DNA of 64,000 nucleotides from an uncultured delta proteobacterium (GCA_963706575.1 CAVPNL010000003.1:352001-416000), one strand, 5' to 3'; positions 50,166-61,028 are shown, counted from the stretch's first letter. Notes: generated by a model from the letters alone, not told the origin. Numbers and translations: made by a program.

Positions 50166-50498
50166 GTGAATGAAAATAATCAAATGGTATTTATTCGGGA
50201 ACATTCCGAGGGCATCGTATTCAAGGTTTTTATACAATCCCGATCTTCAAAAAATATGATTATCGGACGGCATGGTGACAGCCTTAAACTCAAGGTGACC
50301 GCGCCGCCGGTTGACGGAGCCGCCAATAAAATGTGTATCAAATTCCTGGCGAAACGTCTTTCGGTATCTCCTTCTTCACTTGAAATCATAAGCGGACACG
50401 GTAGTCGGACCAAAAAAATCCTTTTAAAGTCTGATCATGCACCACCATCCACAGAGGAATATAGACATCTCGAACAACTCATTAAGCGGTTAATTTAA
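50166..50498 (+). CDS. DUF167 (YggU) family protein
   Basis: LKLKVTAPPVDGAAN, IISGHGSRTK. Confidence 0.9.
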   Translation: MNENNQMVFIREHSEGIVFKVFIQSRSSKNMIIGRHGDSLKLKVTAPPVDGAANKMCIKFLAKRLSVSPSSLEIISGHGSRTKKILLKSDHAPPSTEEYRHLEQLIKRLI

Positions 50499-50507
50499 TA
50501 GCATGCG

Positions 50508-50571
50508 TAGCCGGCTAACGGGCAAACGGGTAAACAAGCCAACCGGTAGACAGGCCAATTGGCAAACCGGC
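50508..50571. repeat. Degenerate 8-bp tandem array
   Basis: TAGCCGGC TAACGGGC AAACGGGT AAACAAGC CAACCGGT AGACAGGC CAATTGGC AAACCGGC. Confidence 0.65.
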
Positions 50572-50584
50572 CTAAAGAAAGCCC

Positions 50585-50613
50585 TTGACTAATTTCACTG
50601 ATTTGGCTATTAA
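50585..50613 (+). promoter_or_regulatory. sigma70 promoter of the tRNA gene
   Basis: TTGACT-17 bp-TATTAA followed by a GC-rich discriminator. Confidence 0.65.
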
Positions 50614-50637
50614 ACTCGCGCTTAAAGAATAATTTGA

Positions 50638-50714
<77 letters not shown>

Positions 50715-50721
50715 AACGATC

Positions 50722-50758
50722 AAAGGGGCTTAGACTGCGGTCTAAGCCCCTTTTTTTT
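50722..50758 (+). terminator. Intrinsic terminator
   Basis: AAAGGGGCTTAGAC-TGCG-GTCTAAGCCCC-T8. Confidence 0.92.
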
Positions 50759-50942
50759 CATTGGATCAAGCCGCATGGTCCCGATGAAAATAAACCCAAA
50801 GCAACGACGCATACCGAACTTTTATTTCTTTGACCATCCTTTGCAATTGTATTATATAAGACCCATCTCACATTCATCTTTAAGCGGAAATCTTATCTTC
50901 TAATTGGGGCGAAACCCATAACTTGTTTAAGGATCTTGTATT

Positions 50943-51272
50943 ATGGCTGATGCAAAGAAACCAAGTCCTAAGAGTGACAACCGGCGTTCGGGTTTAGATC
51001 GCAGGTGGATTATTGCACCCCATGAGGGCCCCGAAAGGCGAAGCGGCAAAGATCGGAGAAACACATTGGAAGATGGTGAAGTGATCTTAGCAGATCAGAG
51101 TGATTCAAATGAAATTGCGACGATCCAGGATCTATTAATGGCCAATTCCATGCAACTGGATGCTATTGCTCAGCTGCTGATCGAAAAGGGCGTATTTTCC
51201 AAAGAGGACCTCTTTAATATGCTCAAGCGCATTCAAAAGGAATACCAAAAGACAGGAAATATTGAAGACTAA
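50943..51272 (+). CDS. Hypothetical protein with repeated (D/E)RRSGxDRR motifs
   Basis: 109-aa ORF: DNRRSGLDRR, ERRSGKDRR, C-terminal LLIEKGV helix. Confidence 0.7.
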   Translation: MADAKKPSPKSDNRRSGLDRRWIIAPHEGPERRSGKDRRNTLEDGEVILADQSDSNEIATIQDLLMANSMQLDAIAQLLIEKGVFSKEDLFNMLKRIQKEYQKTGNIED

Positions 51273-51278
51273 AGCCGC

Positions 51279-52097
51279 ATGATTCGCAAAATCATTTCAG
51301 GGGGCCAGACGGGCGCCGACCAGGCCGCTTTAGATGCCGCCATAAAACTGGGCATCCCGCACGGTGGCTGGATACCGAAAGGCCGTTTAACTGAAAATGG
51401 TCCCTTGCCTGATAAATACAAATTGGCGGAAATGCCAGGCACCGCTTACGTGCTGCGAACAGAACAAAACGTTATCGATTCAAACGGCACACTAATTATC
51501 AGTCATGGCAAATTAAGCGACGGCTCAGATTATACACGCAAAATGGCCCTAAAGCACCATCGCCCCTGGCTTCATATAGATTTAAATAAAATCCCTGCCT
51601 TTAAAGCCGTAACCTTAATTTGCACCTGGATCGATGAAAATTCCATCGAAATCTTAAACGTCGCCGGGCCGCGGGCCAGTAAAGATGATCATATTTACCC
51701 GGCAGTATTAAAATTAATCGAAAGTGTCCACTACATGGAACTGATGACAACGGCCCATCCGCAGGCCGTCGAATTTCAGAATAATAGCCGTACTTCAACC
51801 CTAAAACAGCCGGAGACGGTTCAGGAAGCAATCGAAATCTTGATTTCCGACTTACCCTTAAAGGAAAAAACGACCATCGCCAACATGTTCGAGGAAGAAT
51901 TGATCAAGCTGAATGCCAATCTAAGCAGATACATTATGGATAAATTCGGCCTGTGGTCCGGAAATGAAAAACTGGTGGAATCCTGCCTGGAGCTCGCGGA
52001 TTACCCACTGCATGACGAGGATGATGCTGCCGCCGTCATCGTCAAAGAATTGTGGCGGAAATTGAGACAGACCCATAAACTTAGAATTGTAAGATAA
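51279..52097 (+). CDS. Putative molybdenum-carrier (circularly permuted YpsA/SLOG) protein with an extra C-terminal domain
   Basis: KIISGGQTGADQAALD, GGWIPKGR, RTEQNV.DS, LNVAGPRAS. Confidence 0.85.
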   Translation: MIRKIISGGQTGADQAALDAAIKLGIPHGGWIPKGRLTENGPLPDKYKLAEMPGTAYVLRTEQNVIDSNGTLIISHGKLSDGSDYTRKMALKHHRPWLHIDLNKIPAFKAVTLICTWIDENSIEILNVAGPRASKDDHIYPAVLKLIESVHYMELMTTAHPQAVEFQNNSRTSTLKQPETVQEAIEILISDLPLKEKTTIANMFEEELIKLNANLSRYIMDKFGLWSGNEKLVESCLELADYPLHDEDDAAAVIVKELWRKLRQTHKLRIVR

Positions 52098-52111
52098 TAG
52101 GGGGAGGTAAC

Positions 52112-52720
52112 GTGAAAGCATTTCGATCAAGCCACCCGGGAAAATACCGGCCGTTTTGGATTCGCGTTACGCTTTTTACGTTTACCACGATGCTTTTATC
52201 ATCCGGTGTATTTGCAGGAGATTCGCCTCAAAAAAAGAGCACAAATCAGGCCGATGAGCAGATTCAGATCGTTGCCGATAAATTGATCACCAACAGTGCG
52301 GAAAAGTTTGCGGAGTTTGTGGGAGATGTGCGGGCCAGTCAGGGAAATTTTGAGATTACCTCGGAGCGCCTCCGAATTTATTATCGCGATGATCCGGATC
52401 GCAATAAAGATCAAACCGGCAGCCAGGAATCAATAAAACGGATAGTCGCCAACGGAAATGTGCAGGTATCATCTGAAAAATACGAGGCCAAAACCGATCA
52501 GGTTGAATACGACCTGGATACGCAGGTCATTGTTCTTATCGGTGAAAATTCGACTGTGACGAGCGGGAAAAATATCTTAACGGGATCAAAAATTACCGTT
52601 TATCGAAAAAATGGGCAAATAACGGTGGAAAGAAGCCCGCAAAAGCGGGTTAAAGCGGTTTTCTATCCAAAAGAAAAGGCCCCAGATGAAAAGGGCCCGG
52701 AGCAAAATCCGAAAGAGTAA
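52112..52720 (+). CDS. lptA: LptA/OstA family LPS transport periplasmic protein
   Basis: Signal peptide, IQIVAD, FVGDVRASQG, IVANGNV, GSKITV, RVKAVF. Confidence 0.8.
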   Translation: MKAFRSSHPGKYRPFWIRVTLFTFTTMLLSSGVFAGDSPQKKSTNQADEQIQIVADKLITNSAEKFAEFVGDVRASQGNFEITSERLRIYYRDDPDRNKDQTGSQESIKRIVANGNVQVSSEKYEAKTDQVEYDLDTQVIVLIGENSTVTSGKNILTGSKITVYRKNGQITVERSPQKRVKAVFYPKEKAPDEKGPEQNPKE

Positions 52721-52764
52721 ATCGTTATGACGGATCGATTCGCTTTCGTATTTTTGAAATTGAT

Positions 52765-53034
52765 CTACCTTTTCAGCCGGCGCAACCTCTGCAAATTCTT
52801 ATACTTGAACATCAGATCTATCCATTGCTGGAATAAAGGCGCTAAATCCTCAACCGGCCGGTTAACGGTTGTATTTAACATTCTTTCCGCCTCCGCCAGG
52901 GCCTCGAGGTAATCCGTCCGTTCGGGTTCCATTCTCAGTAAATGGCGATAAATTTCAGCGGCCTTATCCCAGTGTCCCTGGCCGGCATAAACTTTTGCCA
53001 TTGTGCCCGTATAAAAGTCGGTTTCTTTTTCCAT
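52765..53034 (-). CDS. Short TPR-like protein
   Basis: FYTGTMAKVYAGQG..KAAEIYRHLL; start set at ATG 53034. Confidence 0.75.
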   Translation of the reverse strand: MEKETDFYTGTMAKVYAGQGHWDKAAEIYRHLLRMEPERTDYLEALAEAERMLNTTVNRPVEDLAPLFQQWIDLMFKYKNLQRLRRLKR

Positions 53035-53040
53035 TTCTAA

Positions 53041-53225
53041 TCCACCGATTACGTCGATGACACGGATTATCATTAAATCCGCAGATTTCGCCGATTACGC
53101 TGATTATTATTAACTCTGCGGACCTTTATTTTTGCGCATTAAATCTGCGTTAATCTGCGTAATCTGTTGATAAATAACCTGGGCCAGTCCGCGTAACTTC
53201 TATCTTCCTCTGATTACGCTGATTA
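53041..53225. repeat. 9-bp periodic arrays in both orientations
   Basis: CCGATTACG TCGATGACA CGGATT; CAGATTTCG CCGATTACG CTGATT; inverse AATCTGCGTT AATCTGCGT AATCTG; a further TGATTACGCTGATT. Confidence 0.8.
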
Positions 53226-53231
53226 AACGAA

Positions 53232-53531
53232 TTATTCAGAGTGATTCGGCATACTTTGGGGTTTGAGAATCAGTTCATCTTCTCCGACCATACCCAGTTC
53301 CTGGCGCGCCACGTTTTCAATATATTTCGGATCATGTTTTAACCGATCGATTTCAACACTCAGGGAGAGATTCTTGAGGGTCAGCTGTTCACTTTTTTCT
53401 GCCAGCTGATTCCTTTCATTTTTAAGAGAATTTAAATCGATCAAACCATGCTCGCCGAAGATGATAAAAAACAGCAAGGAGGCAAGCGCCAGAATGGCAA
53501 TGGATAAGAAGACACTTTGCTTTCTCGTCAT
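53232..53531 (-). CDS. ftsB: Septum formation initiator (FtsB/DivIC)
   Basis: TM helix, FGEHGL, coiled coil, YIENVARQELGMV. Confidence 0.9.
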   Translation of the reverse strand: MTRKQSVFLSIAILALASLLFFIIFGEHGLIDLNSLKNERNQLAEKSEQLTLKNLSLSVEIDRLKHDPKYIENVARQELGMVGEDELILKPQSMPNHSE

Positions 53532-55096
53532 TTTTTTCCTATTCCCTTTTTAACTTCGGCAACCATATTCGTAAATTCCGAACTTCTGGTTAAATAGGAG
53601 CAGACCCCGAAAACGACCAGGCCGCTCATTACACAGGCCGCCACTCCCGCAACCTGCCCGGTGAACGTGCCCCTTTCTGTCTCAATGAGCAGCCGCGCGA
53701 CCGTCCAGACAACTGCGCCCATGATTACAGCATTGCCCAATGTTTTACAGGCAGATTGGGCAATGCGTCTCCATCCCAGAGAGCCGAGCTTTCGGCGCAA
53801 GGCATACACGAGCAGTCCAAGGTTCAAAGCGGAGGCAAGCGATGTTGCCAAAGCCAACCCGCCGTGTCCCAGAGGACCCATCAAGATGATTCCCAGCATA
53901 ATATTGGCCAGGATGGAAACCGTCGCCATCATCATCGGCGTACGCGTATCTTTGAGAGCAAAAAAAGTTGCGGCAACGATCCGGACTGCCGAAAAGGCCC
54001 ATAGGCCTATAGCATAGTATAAAAGCGCCCTGGCAGTCAACCGGGCAGCCGCTAAACTGAATTCGCCTCTCTGGAATAATAAAGCAATGATCGGCTCTCT
54101 TAAAATAATTAAACCGACCATCGATGGGATGGTTAGAAACAAAGTTAAGCGAACTGAATAGCTAAAGGTATCTTTTAAAGCGTCAACATCATTGGTGGCT
54201 GCCTGCCGGGATAAGCTTGGCAATACAGCCGTGGCGGCCGCAATGGCAAATATACCTAACGGAAATTGAACCAGACGGTCCGCAAAATATAAATAGGTTA
54301 TGCTCCCCTCTTTTAGCAAAGATCCTAACAGCTGATCAATCAGTGTATTAATCTGATAAACAGCCCCGCCAAAAATTACGGGCAGCATTAATTGACCGAT
54401 CTTTTTTAAGCCGGGATGCAAAATTTTCGATTTCTGCCGGAGAAGAAATCCTTTTCTGAACATAGCCGGCAGTTGAAAGACAAGCTGCAAGACGCCACCA
54501 ATCATCACACCCACGGCCAGCCCCAGCACCGGTTGCGAAAAGTGCGGACACAGGAAAAAAACAGATAAAATCATCGCCAGATTTAGCAAAACCGGCGCCA
54601 GAGCGGGAGTTGCGAAATGCCCGAATACATTGAGTATTCCCATGCATAAAGCCACCAGCCCGATAAAGAAAATATAGGGGAACATAATGCGCGTAAGGAC
54701 AATGGTGAGGGATATTTTTCCGGGTGAGTCAATGAATCCAGGAGCTATGATTTTTACGATCAGAGGCGATAGGATGATGCCGCAAATGGAAACAACCACC
54801 AGTATTATGGACATGACCCCAAGGGCAGATCTTGCAAGTCTAAGGGCTTCATCCTTGCCGTCTTTTGCCAGATAGTCCGTCAAAACAGGCACAAAAGCAT
54901 TACTGATGGACCCTTCTCCTAAAAGCTTTCGGAGAAGGTTGGGAATTCTGAATGCCGCAATAAATGCATCCGAATTCAGGCCGGCGCCAAAATACCAGGC
55001 GATGACCGCATCGCGAATATAGCCCAGCGTGCGGCTCAATAGCGTCGCAGCCCCAACGACGCCGGCTGCCTTAATCACCTGGGATTTTTCGGACAT
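53528..55096 (-). CDS. murJ: Lipid II flippase MurJ
   Basis: SRTLGYIRD, AFRIPNLLR..GEG, YLYFADRLVQFPLG, DTRTP. Confidence 0.97.
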   Translation of the reverse strand: MSEKSQVIKAAGVVGAATLLSRTLGYIRDAVIAWYFGAGLNSDAFIAAFRIPNLLRKLLGEGSISNAFVPVLTDYLAKDGKDEALRLARSALGVMSIILVVVSICGIILSPLIVKIIAPGFIDSPGKISLTIVLTRIMFPYIFFIGLVALCMGILNVFGHFATPALAPVLLNLAMILSVFFLCPHFSQPVLGLAVGVMIGGVLQLVFQLPAMFRKGFLLRQKSKILHPGLKKIGQLMLPVIFGGAVYQINTLIDQLLGSLLKEGSITYLYFADRLVQFPLGIFAIAAATAVLPSLSRQAATNDVDALKDTFSYSVRLTLFLTIPSMVGLIILREPIIALLFQRGEFSLAAARLTARALLYYAIGLWAFSAVRIVAATFFALKDTRTPMMMATVSILANIMLGIILMGPLGHGGLALATSLASALNLGLLVYALRRKLGSLGWRRIAQSACKTLGNAVIMGAVVWTVARLLIETERGTFTGQVAGVAACVMSGLVVFGVCSYLTRSSEFTNMVAEVKKGIGKK

Positions 55097-55213
55097 GGCT
55101 AAATCTGCAGAAAACTTCTTGACATCTTAAATTTCGTTCTATATTAGTGATTGTTTATGCAACTAAAATGATCGTTTCAAATTAGGTATTATCTGGAAAA
55201 AGGAGTCGATACT

Positions 55214-55483
55214 TTGGCAAATCATAAATCAGCTGAAAAGCGTGCCCGTCAAAACGAGAAACGAAGGGTTCGCAACAAAGCAGTAAAAACCAGAATAAAG
55301 CACGTAACCAAAGAAGTTCGCCAGGCATCCGGTGACGCGTCAAAAGAAGAGACCTTGGCTAAACTGAAAGCGGCTCAATCCATTGTTGACAAAGCGCTCA
55401 AAAAAGGTGTGATTCATAAAAAGACCGCTGCCCGCAAAATATCCCGCCTTTCCAGACTGGTGAACACAATCGTCGTTTTTTAA
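55214..55483 (+). CDS. rpsT: 30S ribosomal protein S20
   Basis: MANHKSAEKR, KGVIHKKTAARKISRL; AAGGAG RBS. Confidence 0.98.
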   Translation: MANHKSAEKRARQNEKRRVRNKAVKTRIKHVTKEVRQASGDASKEETLAKLKAAQSIVDKALKKGVIHKKTAARKISRLSRLVNTIVVF

Positions 55484-55506
55484 CATCGATCCGTTCTCGC
55501 CCGCAT

Positions 55507-55652
55507 TAGAAGCCATCTCAAAAATAGGATTTTGGTTCAAGATCGCGGCGGAGCCTAGCTTTAAACCGCAGGCATACTTTTGTATGTTGAGGATTTAAAG
55601 CGAGGCACCAACAAAGATATTGGGCCAAAAGACATTTTTGAGATGGCTTCTA
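55507..55652 (+). mobile_element. MITE-like element, copy 3 (146 bp, perfect 19-bp terminal IR)
   Basis: TAGAAGCCATCTCAAAAAT ... ATTTTTGAGATGGCTTCTA; the right end overlaps the lptE stop codon. Confidence 0.85.
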
Positions 55653-56174
55653 GAAATCATCGCTAAACCTGTTGACGGTCCTTTCGGCGATGCGTTTCGA
55701 AAGCACTCTGATTGCATTCCTCCGGTTTGCGTCCGTCTGTTCCGTGTCCGTATCCACAAGGTATGCTTCAAAATCCGTAAGACTCTTTGGCAGCCCATAC
55801 AATCCTGCCATCTTTTTTCGTCAATTTCAAATCAACGCTAACGGTAACGCGCCGCTCATCGGCTACATCCGGTTTACTTACAGAGATCGTCACTATGGTC
55901 ACCAGGTTGACAACGCCGCTTAAGACGACATCAGCATCATCGAAACCACTCGCCAGTTCATCGGTTTTGCGCAAGGTCAGTTCGGTTAAAAGCGCGTTGG
56001 TTACAATGCTTTCAACGCCGGTCTCCTGCGTTTTGTTTTCCAGAACTTTTACGAAAAGACGCTCGGTATCTCCCGGAAATCCCCCCTGTTCCGCAAAGCG
56101 ATACCCGCAGGACACTACACAGCACCACTAATTAAAAGGATTATAACGCTGAACTTGCTTTTATTCAAATCCAT
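55650..56174 (-). pseudogene. lptE: LPS assembly lipoprotein LptE with two compensating frameshifts (possibly sequence errors)
   Basis: ATG 56174 MDLNKSKFSVIILL; shift near 56128 into VSCGYRF...IVWAAK; shift back near 55787 into SLTDFEAY...RIAERTVNRFSDDF*. Directly downstream of leuS. Confidence 0.8.
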
Positions 56175-56188
56175 CTCTCCGGTGATAC

Positions 56189-56328
56189 GCATAGCGCATG
56201 GCGCATAGAGCAAAGCGTTAAAATGTTTGAATTAAAATGAAGGAACTTTTAAGCTTGGTTTCGCGTTTCGTATTTTAATTCCACAATCCGAAATCTGCAA
56301 TCCGCAATCGATCGCCTGACACCTGACA
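56189..56328. repeat. Cluster of three different 7-bp periodic arrays
   Basis: GCATAGC GCATGGC GCATAGA GCAAAGC; AATCCGA AATCTGC AATCCGC AATCG; CCTGACA CCTGACA. Confidence 0.75.
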
Positions 56329-56333
56329 AACCC

Positions 56334-58925
56334 TCAAACAACAATGTTAACCAGCTTACCCTTGACATAAATGACCTTTTTTATGGCCCGGCCATCGACA
56401 AATTTCTTTAGGCGTTCATCCGCAAGCGCAATCTGCTTGATGGTCTCTTCATCGGTATCGGTCGCCACTGAAAACTTGCTTCTCAGCTTGCCGTTGACCT
56501 GAATCACAATTAACAGCTCATCCTTCTCGAGGGCCTCTTTCAGATAAGACGGCCACGGCGCCAGCAAAATACTGGATGAATTGCCCAGCGCTTCCCACAG
56601 CTGTTCGGCAAAATGCGGCACGATCGGCGACAGCAGCAATGTCAGAGTTTCCATGGCAAATCGCATCACCGCGACCTGTTGCGGATTGCTTGTGGCTTCT
56701 TCAATGGCGGACATCGTGTTAAACAGCTCCATAATAGCACTAATGGCCGTATTAAAATGGTAGCGGTTCTCGATGTCCCGGGTCACCTTCATTATGGTTT
56801 GATGCGTTTTTTTGTAAAGATCCCTTTCGGCACCCTCCAGAGCGTCGGAGCTGCCGTCGAATGCAGCCACATCCTTTACCCGATTCATCCACTCGCTTGT
56901 CAGGCGCCACACTCTGTTTAAAAAACGGAAACCGCCTTCAACTCCCTGCTCGCTCCACTCCAGATCGCGTTCAGGCGGTGCGGCAAACAGGCAAAAAAAC
57001 CGCGTGGTGTCGGCGCCGTATTTTTCAAGAAGCGTATTGGGGTCAATGACATTCTTTTTCGATTTGGACATTTTTTCTACGCGCCCCAGCGTCACCGGCG
57101 CATCACAATGCACACAAAAACGCTTTCCGTCCACAACCGTTACTTCATCGGGCAGCAGATTCCCGTGTTTGGGGCATGAAGCCGTTTCTTTGCACACCAT
57201 CCCCTGGGTTAACAAACGCGTGAAAGGTTCTTTGAACTTGACCAAACCCTGATCGTTTAAGACGCGGGTATAATAGCGTGAATAGAGCAGGTGCAAAATG
57301 GCATGCTCAACACCGCCGATATACTGGTCAACCGGCATCCAGTAATCTACCGCCGATGGGTCAAACATGCCTTTATCAAAGTGCGGGCTGCAATATCGGT
57401 CAAAATACCAGGATGATTCAACAAATGTATCCATGGTGTCGGTCTCCCGACGTGCTGACGAATGGCCGCATTCCGGACACTGCACCTTTACAAACGAATC
57501 CAGCTGATGCAGCGGTGACCTGCCGCCTTCCAACATTTCGACATCTTCCGGCAAGACGACCGGAAGGTCTGATTCCGGAACCGGTACAATTCCACAGCTA
57601 TCGCAATGGATAATGGGAATTGGCGCGCCCCAGTATCTTTGCCTCGAAATGCCCCAATCCCGTAACCGATAGCTAACCTCTGCTTGTCCCAGGTTATTTT
57701 TTTCCAGGAACGCAGCAATCGCCTGCATTGCTTTTTTATTTTCCATTCCGTTGAAATCACCGGAATTAACCATGATACCCGGCCCCACATAAGCCTCCAC
57801 AAGACCCTCAGACTCCAAATTTTCATCTTCCGACGTAACAACGACGATGATGTCCAGGCCATATTTCTTGGCAAAATCAAAATCGCGCTGATCATGGGCC
57901 GGCACAGCCATTACAGCACCTGTCCCGTATTCCATGAGGGCAAAGTTTGCCGTATAAATGGGGATGCGTTTGCCGCTCAAGGGATTAATACAGTGAGCAC
58001 CGAGAAATACACCTTCCTTCTCATATTCCTCCACAGCCTTGTCCGATCGATCCAGCATCGACATCTTATCGACAAACGCCGTCACTTGCTTTTCCTGAGG
58101 CGTCGCCCGTGAAAGCTGGAGGGTCAGTGGATGTTCCGGAGCCAGGCACATAAAGGTTGCACCGAAAACCGTATCATGACGGGTCGTAAATACCGGAATA
58201 ACGATATCCTGGTTTTCAACCGGAAAACGAATCTCAGCCCCGACGCTTTTTCCAATCCAGTTTTTCTGCATGGTGGTTACCTTTTCCGGCCATCCAGGCA
58301 GCTGATCGGAATAGGCCAGCAGATCACCGGCATAATCTGTAGTGCGGAAAAACCATTGCCACAGTTTTTTCTGGCGAACCTGCTGGCTGCAGCGCCAGCA
58401 TAAACCGGATTCAACCTGTTCATTAGCCAGGACCGTCTGGCAGGATTCGCACCAGTTCACAAACGATTCCTTGCGATAGGCCATTCCGTTTTCGTACATT
58501 TTCAAAAACAGCCACTGTTCCCAACGATAGTATTCAGGCCGGCAGGTTGCGATTTCTCTGCCCCAATCATAGGAGAATCCCAGCTGCTTGAGCTGAGCGC
58601 GCATGGCATCGATGTTGGCATAGGTCCATTTCGCTGGATGGGTTTTGTTGGCAATGGCGGCATTTTCTGCCGGCATGCCAAAGGCATCCCAGCCCATGGG
58701 GTGCAAGACATTGAAACCGCGCATTCGCTTGTATCTGGCCACCACATCACCAATGGTATAGTTGCGCACATGTCCCATATGAATCTTGCCGGAAGGATAC
58801 GGAAACATCTCCAGAAGATAATATTTTTCCCTGTCGGGATCTTCTTTGACTTTGAACAGCCCGTTCGACTCCCAGTAAGCCTGCCATTTGGGTTCAATTT
58901 TTCTGGGATCGTATTTCTCGTCCAT
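56334..58925 (-). CDS. leuS: Leucine--tRNA ligase
   Basis: [31 protein letters not shown]. Confidence 0.99.
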   Translation of the reverse strand: MDEKYDPRKIEPKWQAYWESNGLFKVKEDPDREKYYLLEMFPYPSGKIHMGHVRNYTIGDVVARYKRMRGFNVLHPMGWDAFGMPAENAAIANKTHPAKWTYANIDAMRAQLKQLGFSYDWGREIATCRPEYYRWEQWLFLKMYENGMAYRKESFVNWCESCQTVLANEQVESGLCWRCSQQVRQKKLWQWFFRTTDYAGDLLAYSDQLPGWPEKVTTMQKNWIGKSVGAEIRFPVENQDIVIPVFTTRHDTVFGATFMCLAPEHPLTLQLSRATPQEKQVTAFVDKMSMLDRSDKAVEEYEKEGVFLGAHCINPLSGKRIPIYTANFALMEYGTGAVMAVPAHDQRDFDFAKKYGLDIIVVVTSEDENLESEGLVEAYVGPGIMVNSGDFNGMENKKAMQAIAAFLEKNNLGQAEVSYRLRDWGISRQRYWGAPIPIIHCDSCGIVPVPESDLPVVLPEDVEMLEGGRSPLHQLDSFVKVQCPECGHSSARRETDTMDTFVESSWYFDRYCSPHFDKGMFDPSAVDYWMPVDQYIGGVEHAILHLLYSRYYTRVLNDQGLVKFKEPFTRLLTQGMVCKETASCPKHGNLLPDEVTVVDGKRFCVHCDAPVTLGRVEKMSKSKKNVIDPNTLLEKYGADTTRFFCLFAAPPERDLEWSEQGVEGGFRFLNRVWRLTSEWMNRVKDVAAFDGSSDALEGAERDLYKKTHQTIMKVTRDIENRYHFNTAISAIMELFNTMSAIEEATSNPQQVAVMRFAMETLTLLLSPIVPHFAEQLWEALGNSSSILLAPWPSYLKEALEKDELLIVIQVNGKLRSKFSVATDTDEETIKQIALADERLKKFVDGRAIKKVIYVKGKLVNIVV

Positions 58926-58980
58926 TACCGAAACCCGCCTTTTTCCTATTTGGTTGATCGTTTATGAATGCTTGACTTTC

Positions 58981-59008
58981 TAAAACCCATCTCAAAAAAT
59001 GGGTTCTA
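58981..59008. mobile_element. Minimal MITE remnant (fused terminal repeats)
   Basis: TAAAACCCATCTCAAAAA-ATGGGTTCTA. Confidence 0.65.
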
Positions 59009-59328
59009 AATAAAACATCCCCGTGATCCATCGTGGGACCCCAGGGAAAACTGTTCCCAACGTTTTTCATGCCACAAAATGATAACAATAGCAAGGCTGT
59101 CAAGTAACTCTACTGATAGGAGATGGGACAGCGAACGGGCACGTCTCATGAAACATGTCTATCAGGAAACAAAAAGGAACACGAGGGCGCATACAGGATT
59201 AGGCAACGTTCCTGTGCTTCGAACCTGTTGTTGTGTTCGTTCTTGTTATCGCGTATTTTCCGGCTTGGATGTCAACCCGGTGACTTGACTGCCGCGATTT
59301 TTGGGCCGAGAAATCGTTTGACTTGTTA

Positions 59329-59358
59329 TTGACAATTTCATATTCAGGCGCATACACT
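59329..59358 (+). promoter_or_regulatory. Candidate sigma70 promoter for rne
   Basis: TTGACA-18 bp-TACACT. Confidence 0.55.
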
Positions 59359-59434
59359 TAAGAATTAAAAATCGGGCGAAGTTAACGAATTCCATCAACA
59401 GGTCGTTTATGAAGGCATTAGGGGTTAAGACTTT

Positions 59435-60931
59435 ATGAGCACAAAAATCCTTATTAATGCAATTGCTCCGGAAGAATGCCGGGTCGCTATAGTCAAAGCA
59501 AAAAATCTGGAAGAATTTTATATTGAAAGCGCTTCGCGGGAAATCACCCAGGGCAATATATACAAAGGAACGATTTCGCGGATCGAGCCAAGCCTTCAGG
59601 CGGTTTTTGTAGACTACGGTGCCGAACGACACGGCTTTTTACAGCGCCATGAAATCCACAGCGACTATTTTCAGGAAAGTGAAGGGGGCGTCCATAAAAT
59701 AGAAAAAATCGTCAAACGTGGGCAGGAAGTTATGGTGCAGGTCACCAAAGAGCCGTTTATGAAAAAGGGCGCCATGCTGACCACCTATATCTCTTTGGCA
59801 GGTCGGCATCTGGTGTTGATGCCCGGCAGTGACAAACGGGGGATTTCTCGAAAGATTGAGGATGAAGATGAACGCAGCCGTATCAAGGATTTGATGGCTA
59901 AATTAAAATCCCCGGAAGGGTTCGGCCTAATCGTCCGGACCGTTGGTGTAAACTGCACTAAAACCCTTTTAGCCCGTGATTTAAGGTATCTGCTGCGTCT
60001 TTGGAAAAACATTAAAAAAAGCGTAATGAAGGATCCGGCGCCGGCACTTCTTTATCGCGAAAGGAACCTGGTTCTAAGGTCGATCCGTGATTATTTTACG
60101 CCAGAGGTAAATGAAATTCTAATCGATGATCCTGCTGTATTCCATGAAGTAAAGGATTTCATCAAAATTATTTCCCGCAAACACAATAAAATCGTCAAAC
60201 TATATAAAGGCGCCAAGCCGATTTTCACTCAATTTGGAATCGAAAACCAGATTGCGACCATATTTGAAAGCCGGGTAACTCTAAAATCAGGGGGCTCCAT
60301 TGTCATCGAACAAACCGAAGCCCTGGTGTCTGTTGATGTAAATTCCGGCAAATCCACTCATGAAAGATCGATTGAAAAAACAGCATTTCTTACCAACCTG
60401 GAAGCGGCCGAAGAAGCTGCCCGACAGCTTCGGCTGAGAGACCTGGGTGGCCTCATTGTCATTGATTTCATTGACATGAAAGAGCCAAAGCACCGTTCAG
60501 ATGTTGAGCGCCGGCTGCGAAGCGTTGCCAACGAGGACAAAGCCAAGACAAAAGTGGGGAAAATCTCAAGATTCGGATTGCTGGAAATGTCCCGCCAACG
60601 GATCCGTCCTTCGATCGAATTCGGCAGTTATCAACCCTGTCACTACTGCCAGGGTAAAGGACTAATTGCATCCACAGAGACCCTGGCGGTCGGTTTTCTC
60701 AGAAAACTCAGTTTAGAAACCCTTAAACCGGGAATTGCCTTTGTCAAAGTGGTGGTGCCGCTAAATGTCGCCGACTATCTGTTAAACAAAAAACGCAAAG
60801 AAATTGCCGAACTGGAAGAGCGGCGTAACCTGAATGTCAAAATTGAAGGCGACCAATCAATGATACCGGGAGACAGCCAGATTTTATATAACGATAAAAA
60901 GAATTCTCAGGGGTTAAAAGTTCGATATTGA
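59435..60931 (+). CDS. rne: Ribonuclease E/G family (catalytic domain only)
   Basis: GNIYKG, AVFVDYG, VDVNSG, LRDLGGLIVIDFIDM, C..CQGKG Zn-link; no long C-terminal scaffold. Confidence 0.93.
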   Translation: MSTKILINAIAPEECRVAIVKAKNLEEFYIESASREITQGNIYKGTISRIEPSLQAVFVDYGAERHGFLQRHEIHSDYFQESEGGVHKIEKIVKRGQEVMVQVTKEPFMKKGAMLTTYISLAGRHLVLMPGSDKRGISRKIEDEDERSRIKDLMAKLKSPEGFGLIVRTVGVNCTKTLLARDLRYLLRLWKNIKKSVMKDPAPALLYRERNLVLRSIRDYFTPEVNEILIDDPAVFHEVKDFIKIISRKHNKIVKLYKGAKPIFTQFGIENQIATIFESRVTLKSGGSIVIEQTEALVSVDVNSGKSTHERSIEKTAFLTNLEAAEEAARQLRLRDLGGLIVIDFIDMKEPKHRSDVERRLRSVANEDKAKTKVGKISRFGLLEMSRQRIRPSIEFGSYQPCHYCQGKGLIASTETLAVGFLRKLSLETLKPGIAFVKVVVPLNVADYLLNKKRKEIAELEERRNLNVKIEGDQSMIPGDSQILYNDKKNSQGLKVRY

Positions 60932-61028
60932 CAGCATTTTTATATTGAAGTATTTATCCTAATTTTGATCCGCGATAGCGCTTCAAAATGAAAACCCATT
61001 TTGTATCTTAAATGAAGGAGGCATTATT

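Noticed and set aside
55768..56174. Pyl readthrough of the TAG near 56115-56117 rescuing lptE
   Set aside because: That frame hits TAA soon afterwards and does not encode the LptE core; frameshifts are needed.
59110..59300. 6S RNA, SRP RNA or T-box leader
   Set aside because: None of the diagnostic conserved motifs could be identified by eye.
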